64,000 nucleotides of DNA, taken from NCBI GenBank assembly GCA_002412425.1, contig DHVB01000031.1, positions 14,782 to 78,781 on the forward strand, given 5' to 3'. The first letter of the stretch is position 1. Each line of letters opens with the position of its first letter. Below, piece after piece: positions 9,057 through 18,283 of the stretch. The translations under genes were made by a program, and so were the position numbers. A model generated the notes under the pieces. The model was not told the origin of the DNA and did not search any database. It saw only the letters and a program-made list of their open reading frames with translations. This DNA comes from Bacteroidales bacterium UBA5219. Its GTDB lineage: Bacteria; Bacteroidota; Bacteroidia; Bacteroidales; ML635J-15.

Positions 9057-10550
9057 ATGGCAAAGGAAACTTCTTCAATAATATTCAAAAAACTGGTTGA
9101 TAGCCCTGTTGGAATTATTTCCGAATTCATTACTAATAAGATTTCGAGTAAATTTGGTTATGAACCATTAAATAAATATTTCCACGAAATTCAAACAGGA
9201 AAAACACCACCGATGAGTAATCCGAAATATTATGATGCAAACGATATTGAGTGGGTAAAACCTTCTGACATAGGTTTTGAAAAATACATTACTGCATCTA
9301 ATTGGATATCAAATAAAACTGAAGTCGATAATAAAGCGACGATTTATAAGCCCAATACAGTTCTTATTGTTTGTATTGGAGGTGGAATTGGCAGGTTAGG
9401 CATAGTCAATAAAAAAAGCTCTTCAAATCAACAAATAACAGGAATTCTCTTTGATGAAAATGTATTAGCTGAATATGTTTACTATTACTTTTTACCACGT
9501 TATAAAGTCTTTGAAAAAGAAGCATCAAAGTCAACTTTACCAATAATAAATCAAAAAGGGCTTGGTAGTCTTGATTTTGTTTGTCCTGAACTATCTGCTC
9601 AAAAGGAAATTGTCAGATATTTAGACTACTGTAAAGAGTGCTTAGATAATGAAGAATATCCTTTAAAAACTGATTTTGAGTTATATAAAGATGTGTTTGA
9701 TTTTGCTAATAGAGTTTTTAAAACCTTTTATACACAAAAGACATTGTTGTCAGAATGTCAATTACAACTCACCCACATCGAAAACCTCACTCAAGCTATT
9801 TTGCAAGAAGCAGTACAAGGCAAATTAGCACCACAAGACCCTAATGATGAGCCTGCAACAGAATTGCTTAAACGTATAAAAGAAGAAAAAAAGAAAGTAG
9901 ATAATAGCAAAAAACAAAAACCATTACCACCAATAAAACCTGAAGAAATTCCATTTGAAATTCCAGATAGTTGGGTGTGGTGTAGGTTGGGGGAGATAGG
10001 TAAAACTCAAACAGGTACAACGCCACCAACAGCTAATAAAAAATATTTTGGAAAAGACATCCCATTTGTTAAGCCTGCTGATATTAGTATTTCGGGAATA
10101 AACTATTATAATGAAGGGCTAACTTTAGCAGGTTTAGAGAAAGGTGTTTTTGTTGAAAAAGATTCCTTATTGATGGTTTGTATTGGAGGTTCAATAGGTA
10201 AATCCAATTATACAAATAGAAATATAAGTTGTAATCAGCAAATCAATACAATAAAAGGATACTGTGATATAAGTGGTCAATTTCTTCAGTACTTTTTACA
10301 GTCAACTTATTTCCAAAAAGCAGTATGGTCTAAATCATCAGGTGGAACAACACCAATAATAAATAAAAGTAAATGGGAAAGCATTCTAATCCCTCTTCCC
10401 CCACTACCCGAACAAAAACGTATTGTAGCAGAAATAGAAAAGCAATTAGCTAAAACCGAACAACTTAAAAAATATATTACATCTAACCAAGAAGCCACAG
10501 AGCAACTGCTAAAAGCATTGTTGCATGAGGCGTTTGAGGGGGGAAAATAA
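9057..10550 (+). CDS. hsdS: type I R-M specificity subunit S
   Basis: Two target-recognition domains (GKTPP.../GTTPP...) separated by conserved helices (LPPLPEQKRIVAEIE). It starts 3 nt after hsdM. Confidence 0.9.
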   Translation: MAKETSSIIFKKLVDSPVGIISEFITNKISSKFGYEPLNKYFHEIQTGKTPPMSNPKYYDANDIEWVKPSDIGFEKYITASNWISNKTEVDNKATIYKPNTVLIVCIGGGIGRLGIVNKKSSSNQQITGILFDENVLAEYVYYYFLPRYKVFEKEASKSTLPIINQKGLGSLDFVCPELSAQKEIVRYLDYCKECLDNEEYPLKTDFELYKDVFDFANRVFKTFYTQKTLLSECQLQLTHIENLTQAILQEAVQGKLAPQDPNDEPATELLKRIKEEKKKVDNSKKQKPLPPIKPEEIPFEIPDSWVWCRLGEIGKTQTGTTPPTANKKYFGKDIPFVKPADISISGINYYNEGLTLAGLEKGVFVEKDSLLMVCIGGSIGKSNYTNRNISCNQQINTIKGYCDISGQFLQYFLQSTYFQKAVWSKSSGGTTPIINKSKWESILIPLPPLPEQKRIVAEIEKQLAKTEQLKKYITSNQEATEQLLKALLHEAFEGGK

Positions 10551-10587
10551 AAGAAAGGAGAAAATTGGAGAATAAGGGAAAATGATG

Positions 10588-10595
10588 TAGATTTG
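10588..10595 (+). promoter_or_regulatory. Bacteroidota-type -7 promoter box (TAgaTTTG)
   Basis: Matches the TAnnTTTG consensus. It lies 30 nt upstream of the ATG at 10625, in the 74-nt gap after hsdS. Confidence 0.35.
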
Positions 10596-10624
10596 TAAAT
10601 TATATCATTTTAAAAAGAATTAAT

Positions 10625-11677
10625 ATGGAAATACAATTTTATACATTATTAAAAGTAGATAATGCAACAAATTCCGTATCTTTTGAAACTTTTGCTAATA
10701 CACAGAATATTCAAGATTATATCTGGGAATTAATCAATAATTGTGTTGATAATGAAGGTGATAGAGAATATATTTTTGAACCAACATTGCAAACAACCAA
10801 AAATTATATAGATAACATTATTCAAGATAGTAACAATAGAAATGAAATATGCAAATTATTGGCAGAAAAATTATTAGTTGTTGAGAATGAAACACAAGAG
10901 AGAATTGCTCATTTACAAAAAGAAATTCCAAAGGGAATTCTAATGATATCATTTTCAAAAATGACAGAAATAGAATATAAGTTTGTTATTACAAAAGCAG
11001 ATTATTCAGAATTTTTGGAAGAACTAAGTGGAGATAAAAGAAGTGGATTACCTACTAAAAAGAAAATCTTCAAATCATTTATTATGAATGTTTCATCAAA
11101 TGAGAATGGCGAATTTGAATATGGGAAAATAATCACATATGACTCGAATACCTCAACAAAGGCTGTTTATTGGTGGAAAACTTTTTTGGAATTAAGTGAA
11201 GTAAGAGATAACGAGAAAAATACTTTAACTGCATATAACGCTATAAAGAAAAATATAATTGACCCGTTGCGACGTACACATAAACAAGATTATTTGTATT
11301 TAAGAAATACTACAATTGGCTATTTTCGGACAGACGGTGATTTTGATATAAACCATTATAAAGATAATATTATTGGCAGTTACCAACCATTTGATAAATC
11401 ACTTGATATTAATGAGTTAAAAAAGAAAATTGAAAAACTACCACAAAAAAATAAGTTTGATAATATTTTTCAAAAAACACCACGAGTAGTAACTGATAAA
11501 TTCAAAGATGTTATAAAGCTTACAAATGAGATTGATTTAAATTTAAAACAAGATATCTTAAATATTGAACGAATTATCAAACCACATGAAGATGGTCAAG
11601 GTAATCAATATATTATGATTTTGAGTTCTGAAGGTTATCAGTATGCAGAAGGATTAACAAAAAGTCGAAATGAATAA
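10625..11677 (+). CDS. hypothetical protein, possibly a divergent NdpA/YejK-like nucleoid-associated protein
   Basis: 350-aa ORF. The landmark order (IPKGILMI, KADYSEFLEE, KKIFKSF, AVYWWKTFLELSEV) parallels the NdpA-like protein at 13171. It overlaps the next gene (ATGAATAA). Confidence 0.6.
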   Translation: MEIQFYTLLKVDNATNSVSFETFANTQNIQDYIWELINNCVDNEGDREYIFEPTLQTTKNYIDNIIQDSNNRNEICKLLAEKLLVVENETQERIAHLQKEIPKGILMISFSKMTEIEYKFVITKADYSEFLEELSGDKRSGLPTKKKIFKSFIMNVSSNENGEFEYGKIITYDSNTSTKAVYWWKTFLELSEVRDNEKNTLTAYNAIKKNIIDPLRRTHKQDYLYLRNTTIGYFRTDGDFDINHYKDNIIGSYQPFDKSLDINELKKKIEKLPQKNKFDNIFQKTPRVVTDKFKDVIKLTNEIDLNLKQDILNIERIIKPHEDGQGNQYIMILSSEGYQYAEGLTKSRNE

Positions 11678-13160
11678 TGTATGTCTTAATGTAATTAAAC
11701 TTTTTTCAACTTCTTTTGAAATAATATCAGAAAAAGAAGATTGCATTCGGTTTATAGCTGAATATCAAATAAATAATTTGATGTTACCATCAGAAGCAGA
11801 AGTTGCTAATTTGATTAATTCACGCGATAAAATTGCTATATACTTCTTTGAAACAGACGACGCAGAGTCTATTGATTATATTTCAACTCAAGCAAATAGT
11901 TGGAGTGATTTTATAACCGAATTACAAACAAATAATTTACAACAAGGGAAGATTAAAATTCTTGTTGAAAAAAAATTTGGAAATGGGCAGCTATCAATAT
12001 ATGATATTGATAAGTTTACAGAATATATAAATTCACTTTCATTATCTCAGTTTCTTGCTGTTATTAATGAGAGTTTTAATACATTTTTAATTTTTGAAGT
12101 TCAAGATAAAAATTACCTGCAATGGGAAACTAAAACCATAGCTTTTATTGCTATGAATAGTACTTATAATATGTCCGATATAGGAAATGTTAACAGAACA
12201 AATAGAATTAATGAAGCTAGAAGTTTATGCTATTGCGATATTGAAAAATATAAGCTTTTACCTGAGGATTTATTTTGTTTCCAATTTGATGAGAACAACC
12301 TTCTGCAAAAAGCTTTTCATGAAGCATGTATGCTCTATGTGTTTAGTTTCATTCTAGACTATTCTGCAATAAGACAAGATATTTATGAATACAAATTAAA
12401 TGGATTTAGAACTTTAAATGGATTCATTAACACAAAACAGTTGTCTAAAGTCGATATAGATATTAACTCGTGTAAAACTGTTTACGAAATTTATCAATGG
12501 TTATATTCGGGAGGTAACAATATTGATAAAATTAATATCGCTCGAAATATTATTTCATTAAATATAAATCCAACGACTTTACGTGTTGAACCTTCCGCAT
12601 TTGAATCTATTCTTTCTAATTATAAAATATATGAAAAAGAGAATGTAAAACAATATCTACAAGTAAGGAATAAGTTATCAGAACTATTGATAGATCTTCA
12701 AGCAAAAATTTCTGATATTGTTGATTCTTTTATTGGTGATTTTAAGAAGAATATGTTAACATTGATTTCATTTTTTATTTCAGTGATTGTAATTAGAGTT
12801 GTATCCAAAGGTGATTTTATTGGTGGGTTTACAAATGAAATTATCGGACTTTCATTTGTTTTTTTGATAATATCTATTGGTATGCTTCTCTATTCTCGTT
12901 GGGAGTTAACGAAGAAGATAGATTTATACAATAAGCACTATGACCAAATAAAAGATAGGTATAAAGGAGTTTTAAGTAGTATTGAGTTAGAAAATATTTT
13001 TGACGAATGTGATCCCGAAAAAAATAATAAAAATGAATCTTTTGTAGCAAAACAGAAAAAGCTATATACATGGATATGGTTTTTATCCATCTTTCTACTA
13101 ATTATATTTTTAGTTGTTGTTTATTTTAAAAATAACGATATATCTATTTGTTGCAAATAA
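11670..13160 (+). CDS. hypothetical protein with a ~360-aa soluble N-terminal region and three C-terminal hydrophobic (TM-like) segments
   Basis: 496-aa ORF translationally coupled to the upstream gene. Hydrophobic stretches are MLTLISFFISVIVIRVV, IIGLSFVFLIISIGMLLY and LYTWIWFLSIFLLIIFLVVVYF. I recognise no catalytic motif. Confidence 0.65.
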   Translation: MNNVCLNVIKLFSTSFEIISEKEDCIRFIAEYQINNLMLPSEAEVANLINSRDKIAIYFFETDDAESIDYISTQANSWSDFITELQTNNLQQGKIKILVEKKFGNGQLSIYDIDKFTEYINSLSLSQFLAVINESFNTFLIFEVQDKNYLQWETKTIAFIAMNSTYNMSDIGNVNRTNRINEARSLCYCDIEKYKLLPEDLFCFQFDENNLLQKAFHEACMLYVFSFILDYSAIRQDIYEYKLNGFRTLNGFINTKQLSKVDIDINSCKTVYEIYQWLYSGGNNIDKINIARNIISLNINPTTLRVEPSAFESILSNYKIYEKENVKQYLQVRNKLSELLIDLQAKISDIVDSFIGDFKKNMLTLISFFISVIVIRVVSKGDFIGGFTNEIIGLSFVFLIISIGMLLYSRWELTKKIDLYNKHYDQIKDRYKGVLSSIELENIFDECDPEKNNKNESFVAKQKKLYTWIWFLSIFLLIIFLVVVYFKNNDISICCK

Positions 13161-13170
13161 ATCAAATTAT

Positions 13171-14208
13171 ATGTTATACACAGAATACATTTCTATAAAA
13201 AATACTACATTACACGTAGTCGGGAATAAATTGAATCAGGATAATGTCATATTATCGACAAATAGTATAAGTATTAATCCTAATATGGAAAAAATTCTAT
13301 CAGATTATTTCCTCACCCCCTTCACCTCCGAAGAATATTACCAACTCTATCACGAAAGCGATTTGGCTTTAAATGAAGTTTATACTTACATATCAAAGAT
13401 TTTCGATGAGCCAGAACAACTTTACGAACAATCGGTAAACTTAGCCAAACATTTATATGAGCAAAGTACGCATCCCAAAATAAAAGGCGGCGAATTTTAT
13501 ACTGTTTATTTTAAAGATTGTATTTTGGATGGAGAAACCTTAGATGCAGTAGGTTTATTCAAATCGGAGAACAAAGATACCTTTTTGAAAGTGTTACAAC
13601 AAAATGGTAATTTCAACTTGGAAAGCGATAAAGGTATTAATATTAAAAAGCTGGACAAGGGTTGCCTAATTTTCAACAAAGAACGTGAAAATGGATATGT
13701 TGTTGCAGTAGTTGATAATACAAACAAAGGTGTAGAGGCACAATACTGGATTGACGACTTTCTTCACGTTCGCCAACGCAAAGACGAATATGCTAATACT
13801 CAAAACTTTATGTCATTAGCAAAAAACTTTGTTGTTAAAGAATTGCCAAAAGAATTTGAGGTTTCAAAAGCCGACCAAATTGATTTGTTAAACAAGTCGT
13901 TACATTTTTTCAAAGAAAAAGACACCTTCGATATCGACGATTTTGCCAACGAGGTAATTTCACAACCCGAAATAATTGAAAAATTTTACCAGTATAAGCA
14001 GGAGTACGAAAACCAAAGTGATGTCGTTATCGACAATCAGTTTGCTATTTCAGAAGCAGCTCGCAAAAAACAACAACGTTCCTACAAGCGTGTTATTAAT
14101 CTGGATAAAAAAATTCAAATTATAATTTCTGGTAATCGCCAAAACATAGAACAAGGCGAAGACGAACGTGGTAAGTTTTATAAGGTTTATTATAATAATG
14201 AAGATTAG
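13171..14208 (+). CDS. nucleoid-associated protein, NdpA/YejK (37-kDa NAP) family-like
   Basis: HVVGNK..., KGGEFYTVYF, GLFKSENKDTFLKV, AQYWIDDFL. I chose the ATG at 13171 because the track start at 13114 overlaps the upstream gene. Confidence 0.65.
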   Translation: MLYTEYISIKNTTLHVVGNKLNQDNVILSTNSISINPNMEKILSDYFLTPFTSEEYYQLYHESDLALNEVYTYISKIFDEPEQLYEQSVNLAKHLYEQSTHPKIKGGEFYTVYFKDCILDGETLDAVGLFKSENKDTFLKVLQQNGNFNLESDKGINIKKLDKGCLIFNKERENGYVVAVVDNTNKGVEAQYWIDDFLHVRQRKDEYANTQNFMSLAKNFVVKELPKEFEVSKADQIDLLNKSLHFFKEKDTFDIDDFANEVISQPEIIEKFYQYKQEYENQSDVVIDNQFAISEAARKKQQRSYKRVINLDKKIQIIISGNRQNIEQGEDERGKFYKVYYNNED

Positions 14209-14210
14209 GA

Positions 14211-14390
14211 ATGGTAGATGAAAAGGGCAACGTTATTATGATGAAAAAAGAAGAGACAATTACCAAAAAAGATTCGACAGGAAAAGTTGTATATCGCAAA
14301 GAGACACGGCAGGTAAATGGAGTGAATGACCAAACCATTTTAGTCGCCGACATCTTTGCTAAGTGGAAAAAGCAGGAGTGCATTGCATAG
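14211..14390 (+). CDS. small hypothetical ORF (59 aa)
   Basis: ATG lies 2 nt after the NdpA-like stop. It reads MVDEKGNVIMMKKEETITKKDSTGKVVYRKETRQVNGVNDQTILVADIFAKWKKQECIA. It is below the ORF-track cutoff and has no recognisable motif. Confidence 0.25.
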   Translation: MVDEKGNVIMMKKEETITKKDSTGKVVYRKETRQVNGVNDQTILVADIFAKWKKQECIA

Positions 14391-14414
14391 TAGGAATTAA
14401 TATTATTACGTGAA

Positions 14415-15551
14415 ATGAGCAAGTTAATCAAAATAAACGAAGAATATGCGGGGTGGATAAAGGATTTAAGTCTGCGCTTCCGCCAAAGTCAAATAAAGGC
14501 TGCCGTAAAAGTGAACGGCGAGTTATTGAAATTCTATTGGGAACTCGGACGTGATATTGTAGAAAAACAAGTAGAAAGCAAGTGGGGAGAAGGCTTTTTC
14601 AAAAATTTGAGCATGGACTTACAAGAGGCATTACCCGGAGTAAAAGGATTGTCAATACAAAATCTCTATTATACGAAAAAGTTTTATCTGCTTTATTGTC
14701 AATCAAATAAATATTTCCCACAACTTGTGGAAGAATTACAAAAAGCAGGTGATTCTTCAATTTTCCCACAAGCTGTGGGAAAATTAAAAGAGATGGGGAA
14801 ATCCTCAAGCTCTTCGCTATTTTCTGAGATACTTGAAGAATTATTGCAAATTCCGTGGGGTCACCATCGCTATATTATAGACAAATGCAATGATAACCCC
14901 TCAAAAGCATTTTTCTATGTCCGACAAACTATCGCAAACAATTGGAGCCGTGCCATGCTGTTGAATTTTCTCGATACCAACCTGTATGAACGACAGGGTA
15001 ATGCTGTCACTAATTTCAAGACAACACTTCCAGCAGTGAATAGCGATCTTGCCCAGCAACTTACTAAAGACCCGTATTGCTTTGATTTTGTAAGTCTTAC
15101 AGAACCATTTAAAGAAAAGGAGTTAAAAGATGCCCTATTGCACAACATAACAAAGTTTTTGTTGGAATTAGGAAACGGATTTGCTTTCATGGGCAATGAA
15201 TATAGGCTTAAAGTCGGAGAAACGGAACAGTTTCTTGATCTACTATTTTACAATGTAAACCTCAAAGCATACGTGGTGGTTGAAGTGAAAACAACTGCCT
15301 TTGAACCTGCTCAACTGGGACAATTAAGCTCATATGTATCATGTGTGAACCATTTGCTTAGAAAAAGCGACGACAATGCGACCATCGGACTGTTGGTATG
15401 TAAAGATAAAGACAATGTGTTTGCCCAATATTCATTGGAAGGTTACAATCAACCTCTTGGAATATCAGAATTTAAGGTGGATGAAATTTTTCCAAAAGAT
15501 TTCAAAAGCACACTGCCAAGCATTGAGGACATTGAACGAGAACTATCCTAA
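14415..15551 (+). CDS. DUF1016 / YhcG-family PDDEXK nuclease-like protein
   Basis: N-terminal region typical of YhcG (IKAAVKVNGELLKFYWELGRDI). C-terminal PD-ExK-like core (LDLLFYNVNLKAYVVVEVK). Confidence 0.8.
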   Translation: MSKLIKINEEYAGWIKDLSLRFRQSQIKAAVKVNGELLKFYWELGRDIVEKQVESKWGEGFFKNLSMDLQEALPGVKGLSIQNLYYTKKFYLLYCQSNKYFPQLVEELQKAGDSSIFPQAVGKLKEMGKSSSSSLFSEILEELLQIPWGHHRYIIDKCNDNPSKAFFYVRQTIANNWSRAMLLNFLDTNLYERQGNAVTNFKTTLPAVNSDLAQQLTKDPYCFDFVSLTEPFKEKELKDALLHNITKFLLELGNGFAFMGNEYRLKVGETEQFLDLLFYNVNLKAYVVVEVKTTAFEPAQLGQLSSYVSCVNHLLRKSDDNATIGLLVCKDKDNVFAQYSLEGYNQPLGISEFKVDEIFPKDFKSTLPSIEDIERELS

Positions 15552-15563
15552 AACTTATAAGAT

Positions 15564-15792
15564 ATGACGGTTACAGAATATAAAAACACTATGGAAGGCA
15601 ATCTTGCATACAAGCTGCACCTTAGAATTATTAAAAGAAAAAAAAATGTTAAACGAAAATTTATTGGATAACCTTATTAAAGAATGTGATGAACTTGTTG
15701 CAATATTTACTGCTACAGCGAAAACAGTAAGAAATAAAATAAATGCTAAAAAGAAAAAAAATGAAAATATTGAAGATTGTGAATGGGAATAA
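15564..15792 (+). pseudogene. possible relic of a four-helix-bundle (23S rRNA IVS-type) protein gene
   Basis: Two short frames are separated at an A9 run (about 15638-15646). The C-terminal piece (LLDNLIKECDELVAIFTATAKTV) resembles the last helix of that family. It is followed by heptamer hairpin arrays. Confidence 0.25.
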
Positions 15793-15803
15793 TAAAGATG
15801 GTA

Positions 15804-15923
15804 GATTTCGGATTTCGGATTTTGGATTTTGCAAAGCAGAATTTATTAAAATCTCAAATCAAAAATCCAAAATCACAAATCATAAATCAAAAATCACAAA
15901 TCGTAAATCACAAATCGTAAATC
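15804..15923. repeat. inverted heptamer arrays (GATTT[C/T]G x4 opposed to about ten units of NNAAATC)
   Basis: Left arm is 15804-15831 and right arm is 15852-15923. The arms are imperfect reverse complements. The array explains the spurious ORF 15743..15946. Confidence 0.8.
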
Positions 15924-17024
15924 ATGCACCAACCAAAACAAAATAAACCAATGAACTTTTTAAATCCTTTTCATTTCATATCAGTTCTTAATAGAAAAAA
16001 GAATGACCCAAAAGAATATATTTTTACGGGAAATTTAAAAATTAATGAATTAGATATTCAGCTTTTTAAGTATAACAAGGAAGAATGTGAAGAAATTAAA
16101 AACATCTTACCAAAAGACATAAATAAATTTGAAAAAGATGAAAATAATTACTGGCTAAATATTTATGGATTAAGCGAAACAAACAAAATAGTTTCAATTT
16201 GTGAAAAACAAGGCATACATAGCTTAGTAATTCAAGATATTCTTGATGTTAACCAAAGACCTAAATTTCAAGAATTTGAAAATTTTTCATTTCTTACATT
16301 AAAATCTATTGTTCCTTCTGAAAATGAGATGATTACAGAACAAATAAGTTTTGTTTTTGGCACAAATTATTTAATCTCTTTTCAAGAAAGAAGAGCAGAC
16401 TTTTTTGAACACCTAAGAGTAAGACTAAGAGAAAATAAAGGAATTTTAAGAGAATCAAGTATGGATTACCTGCTTTATACAATGCTTGAAGCTATTCTTG
16501 ATAATTATTTTAAAACTCTTACAAAATTAGATGAAGACACTGAAAAATTTAATTTCACCAACACCAAAAAAGAACCTTCACCAAATGCACTCGAAATTAT
16601 AGAAAATAATAAAAAGCTGATTAATTTTATTAAAAAATCTATTCTGCCAATAAAAGAATTTACTCAATTGGTAGAACGTGCTGAATGTCAATCTGTTCAA
16701 AAAAATAATTTAAAATATTTTGCCGAAATAAAAGATTTATGCCTAACCCTTATCGATAATTGCGATATGATTCTTTCATCATTAGAAAGTAAATCAAATT
16801 TGTTTTTTTCAGTGCAAGGAAATAGAATGAACCAAGTAATGAAAACACTTACAATAGTTTCAACTATATTTATTCCTTTAACTTTTATTGCAGGCATTTA
16901 TGGAATGAATTTTTCAAATATGCCAGAACTTAAATGGAAATATGGCTACTTTGCAATATGGATAATTATTATTATCGTTTTCTTTACAATGATTATGTAT
17001 TTTCGTAGAAAAAAATGGTTTTAA
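15924..17024 (+). CDS. corA: magnesium/cobalt transporter CorA
   Basis: YGMNF signature plus two C-terminal TM helices. An alternative start at 15951 (MNFLNPF...) avoids the repeat array. Confidence 0.9.
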   Translation: MHQPKQNKPMNFLNPFHFISVLNRKKNDPKEYIFTGNLKINELDIQLFKYNKEECEEIKNILPKDINKFEKDENNYWLNIYGLSETNKIVSICEKQGIHSLVIQDILDVNQRPKFQEFENFSFLTLKSIVPSENEMITEQISFVFGTNYLISFQERRADFFEHLRVRLRENKGILRESSMDYLLYTMLEAILDNYFKTLTKLDEDTEKFNFTNTKKEPSPNALEIIENNKKLINFIKKSILPIKEFTQLVERAECQSVQKNNLKYFAEIKDLCLTLIDNCDMILSSLESKSNLFFSVQGNRMNQVMKTLTIVSTIFIPLTFIAGIYGMNFSNMPELKWKYGYFAIWIIIIIVFFTMIMYFRRKKWF

Positions 17025-17091
17025 CAAATTCATTCCCAAATTACTCTCTCAAAACATTTTTTTTACTATTTTTGTTAAATAAAATAAAGAA

Positions 17092-17541
17092 ATGACAAAA
17101 ATTAGATTAACAAAAATATTTGAATTCGAAGCAGCACACGCTTTGTACAATTACGATGGCTTATGTCGTAATATTCACGGACATTCGTACAAACTTGCTG
17201 TTACAGTTATTGGAAAACAAAATACAGAACCTAACTCGCCTAAACTCGGTATGGTTATGGACTTTGGCATATTAAAAAATATTGTCAAAGAAAAAATAGT
17301 TGACAAATTCGACCATAGTATTTTATTAAATAAAAAAGAAAATATAAATTCATTTAAAAATGAAAATCCAATGTTTAATAGAATACATGTATTTGATTTT
17401 CAACCTACTGCCGAAAATATGATTTTACATTTTGTTGAAATTATTAAAAAATTATTACCAGAAAATATAAAACTTCATAGCTTAAAACTTCACGAAACAG
17501 CAAGTTCATACGCAGAATGGTATGCTGATGACCAAATTTAA
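17092..17541 (+). CDS. queD: 6-carboxytetrahydropterin synthase
   Basis: FEAAHAL..., CRNIHGHSY zinc/His motif and PTAENM. Length is 149 aa. Confidence 0.9.
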   Translation: MTKIRLTKIFEFEAAHALYNYDGLCRNIHGHSYKLAVTVIGKQNTEPNSPKLGMVMDFGILKNIVKEKIVDKFDHSILLNKKENINSFKNENPMFNRIHVFDFQPTAENMILHFVEIIKKLLPENIKLHSLKLHETASSYAEWYADDQI

Positions 17542-17544
17542 AAA

Positions 17545-18282
17545 ATGATTAAATCTTTTTTATTTTCAATAATAATATGTACTACTCTTTTATCATTTAC
17601 TAAAGTTGATGATAATCAAGATAATACACCTCAAAACAGTAAATTAAACTCATATTCGTATATTGATAAAAATTATCTTCTTGGTAAAGTAAAACCTGAA
17701 GAAGACAGCATTTTTGTAAAAATTCCAAAAAAATATTGTTTACATAGAACTGAATACATTCATAAAGAAGCTCTTAAACCTTATCTTGCAATGTATTTTA
17801 AAGCAGAAAAACAAGGAATTAACCTAAAAATAGTTTCTGCCTTCAGAAGTTTCAATAACCAAAGGCATATTTGGAATAGACAATTTCATGGAAATTCAGA
17901 TAAAATTACAGTAATTAATTCAATACTTAGATATTCTTCAATGCCAGGAACTTCGCGACACCACTGGGGAACAGATATAGATTTATTAAGTGTACATTTA
18001 AGATATTTTGAAACAGAAGAAGGCAAAAAAGCTTACCAATGGTTATGTGAAAATGCTTACAAATTTGGATTTTATCAAGTTTATACCAATAAACCATATA
18101 TAGGATACAACGAAGAAAAATGGCATTGGACATATTTACCTGTTTCTAAAATTTATTTAGAAGAATATAAAAAACAAATTTCTTACGAAGATATTATTGG
18201 ATTTAATGGATGTGAATTTGCAGAGAAACTAAATATTATCGAAAATTATGTATTTGCTATTGATAGTGTATTATTACGATAA
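17545..18282 (+). CDS. M15-family D-alanyl-D-alanine carboxypeptidase (VanY-like)
   Basis: SAFRSFNNQ...PGTSRHHWGTDIDL motif with an N-terminal signal peptide. Confidence 0.75.
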   Translation: MIKSFLFSIIICTTLLSFTKVDDNQDNTPQNSKLNSYSYIDKNYLLGKVKPEEDSIFVKIPKKYCLHRTEYIHKEALKPYLAMYFKAEKQGINLKIVSAFRSFNNQRHIWNRQFHGNSDKITVINSILRYSSMPGTSRHHWGTDIDLLSVHLRYFETEEGKKAYQWLCENAYKFGFYQVYTNKPYIGYNEEKWHWTYLPVSKIYLEEYKKQISYEDIIGFNGCEFAEKLNIIENYVFAIDSVLLR

Positions 18283-18283
18283 T

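Noticed and set aside
14120-14431. 103-aa minus-strand ORF spanning the NdpA-like 3' end
   Set aside because: It overlaps a supported plus-strand gene and the small plus-strand ORF. Its translation has no motifs.
15804-15923. Possible CRISPR array suggested by regularly spaced repeats
   Set aside because: The units are only about 7 nt and contiguous, with no unique spacers. The two halves are inverted with respect to each other. No cas genes lie nearby.
15743-15946. 67-aa ORF (…KSKITNHKSKITNRKSQIVNH…)
   Set aside because: Its periodic peptide is simply the translation of the heptamer tandem array.
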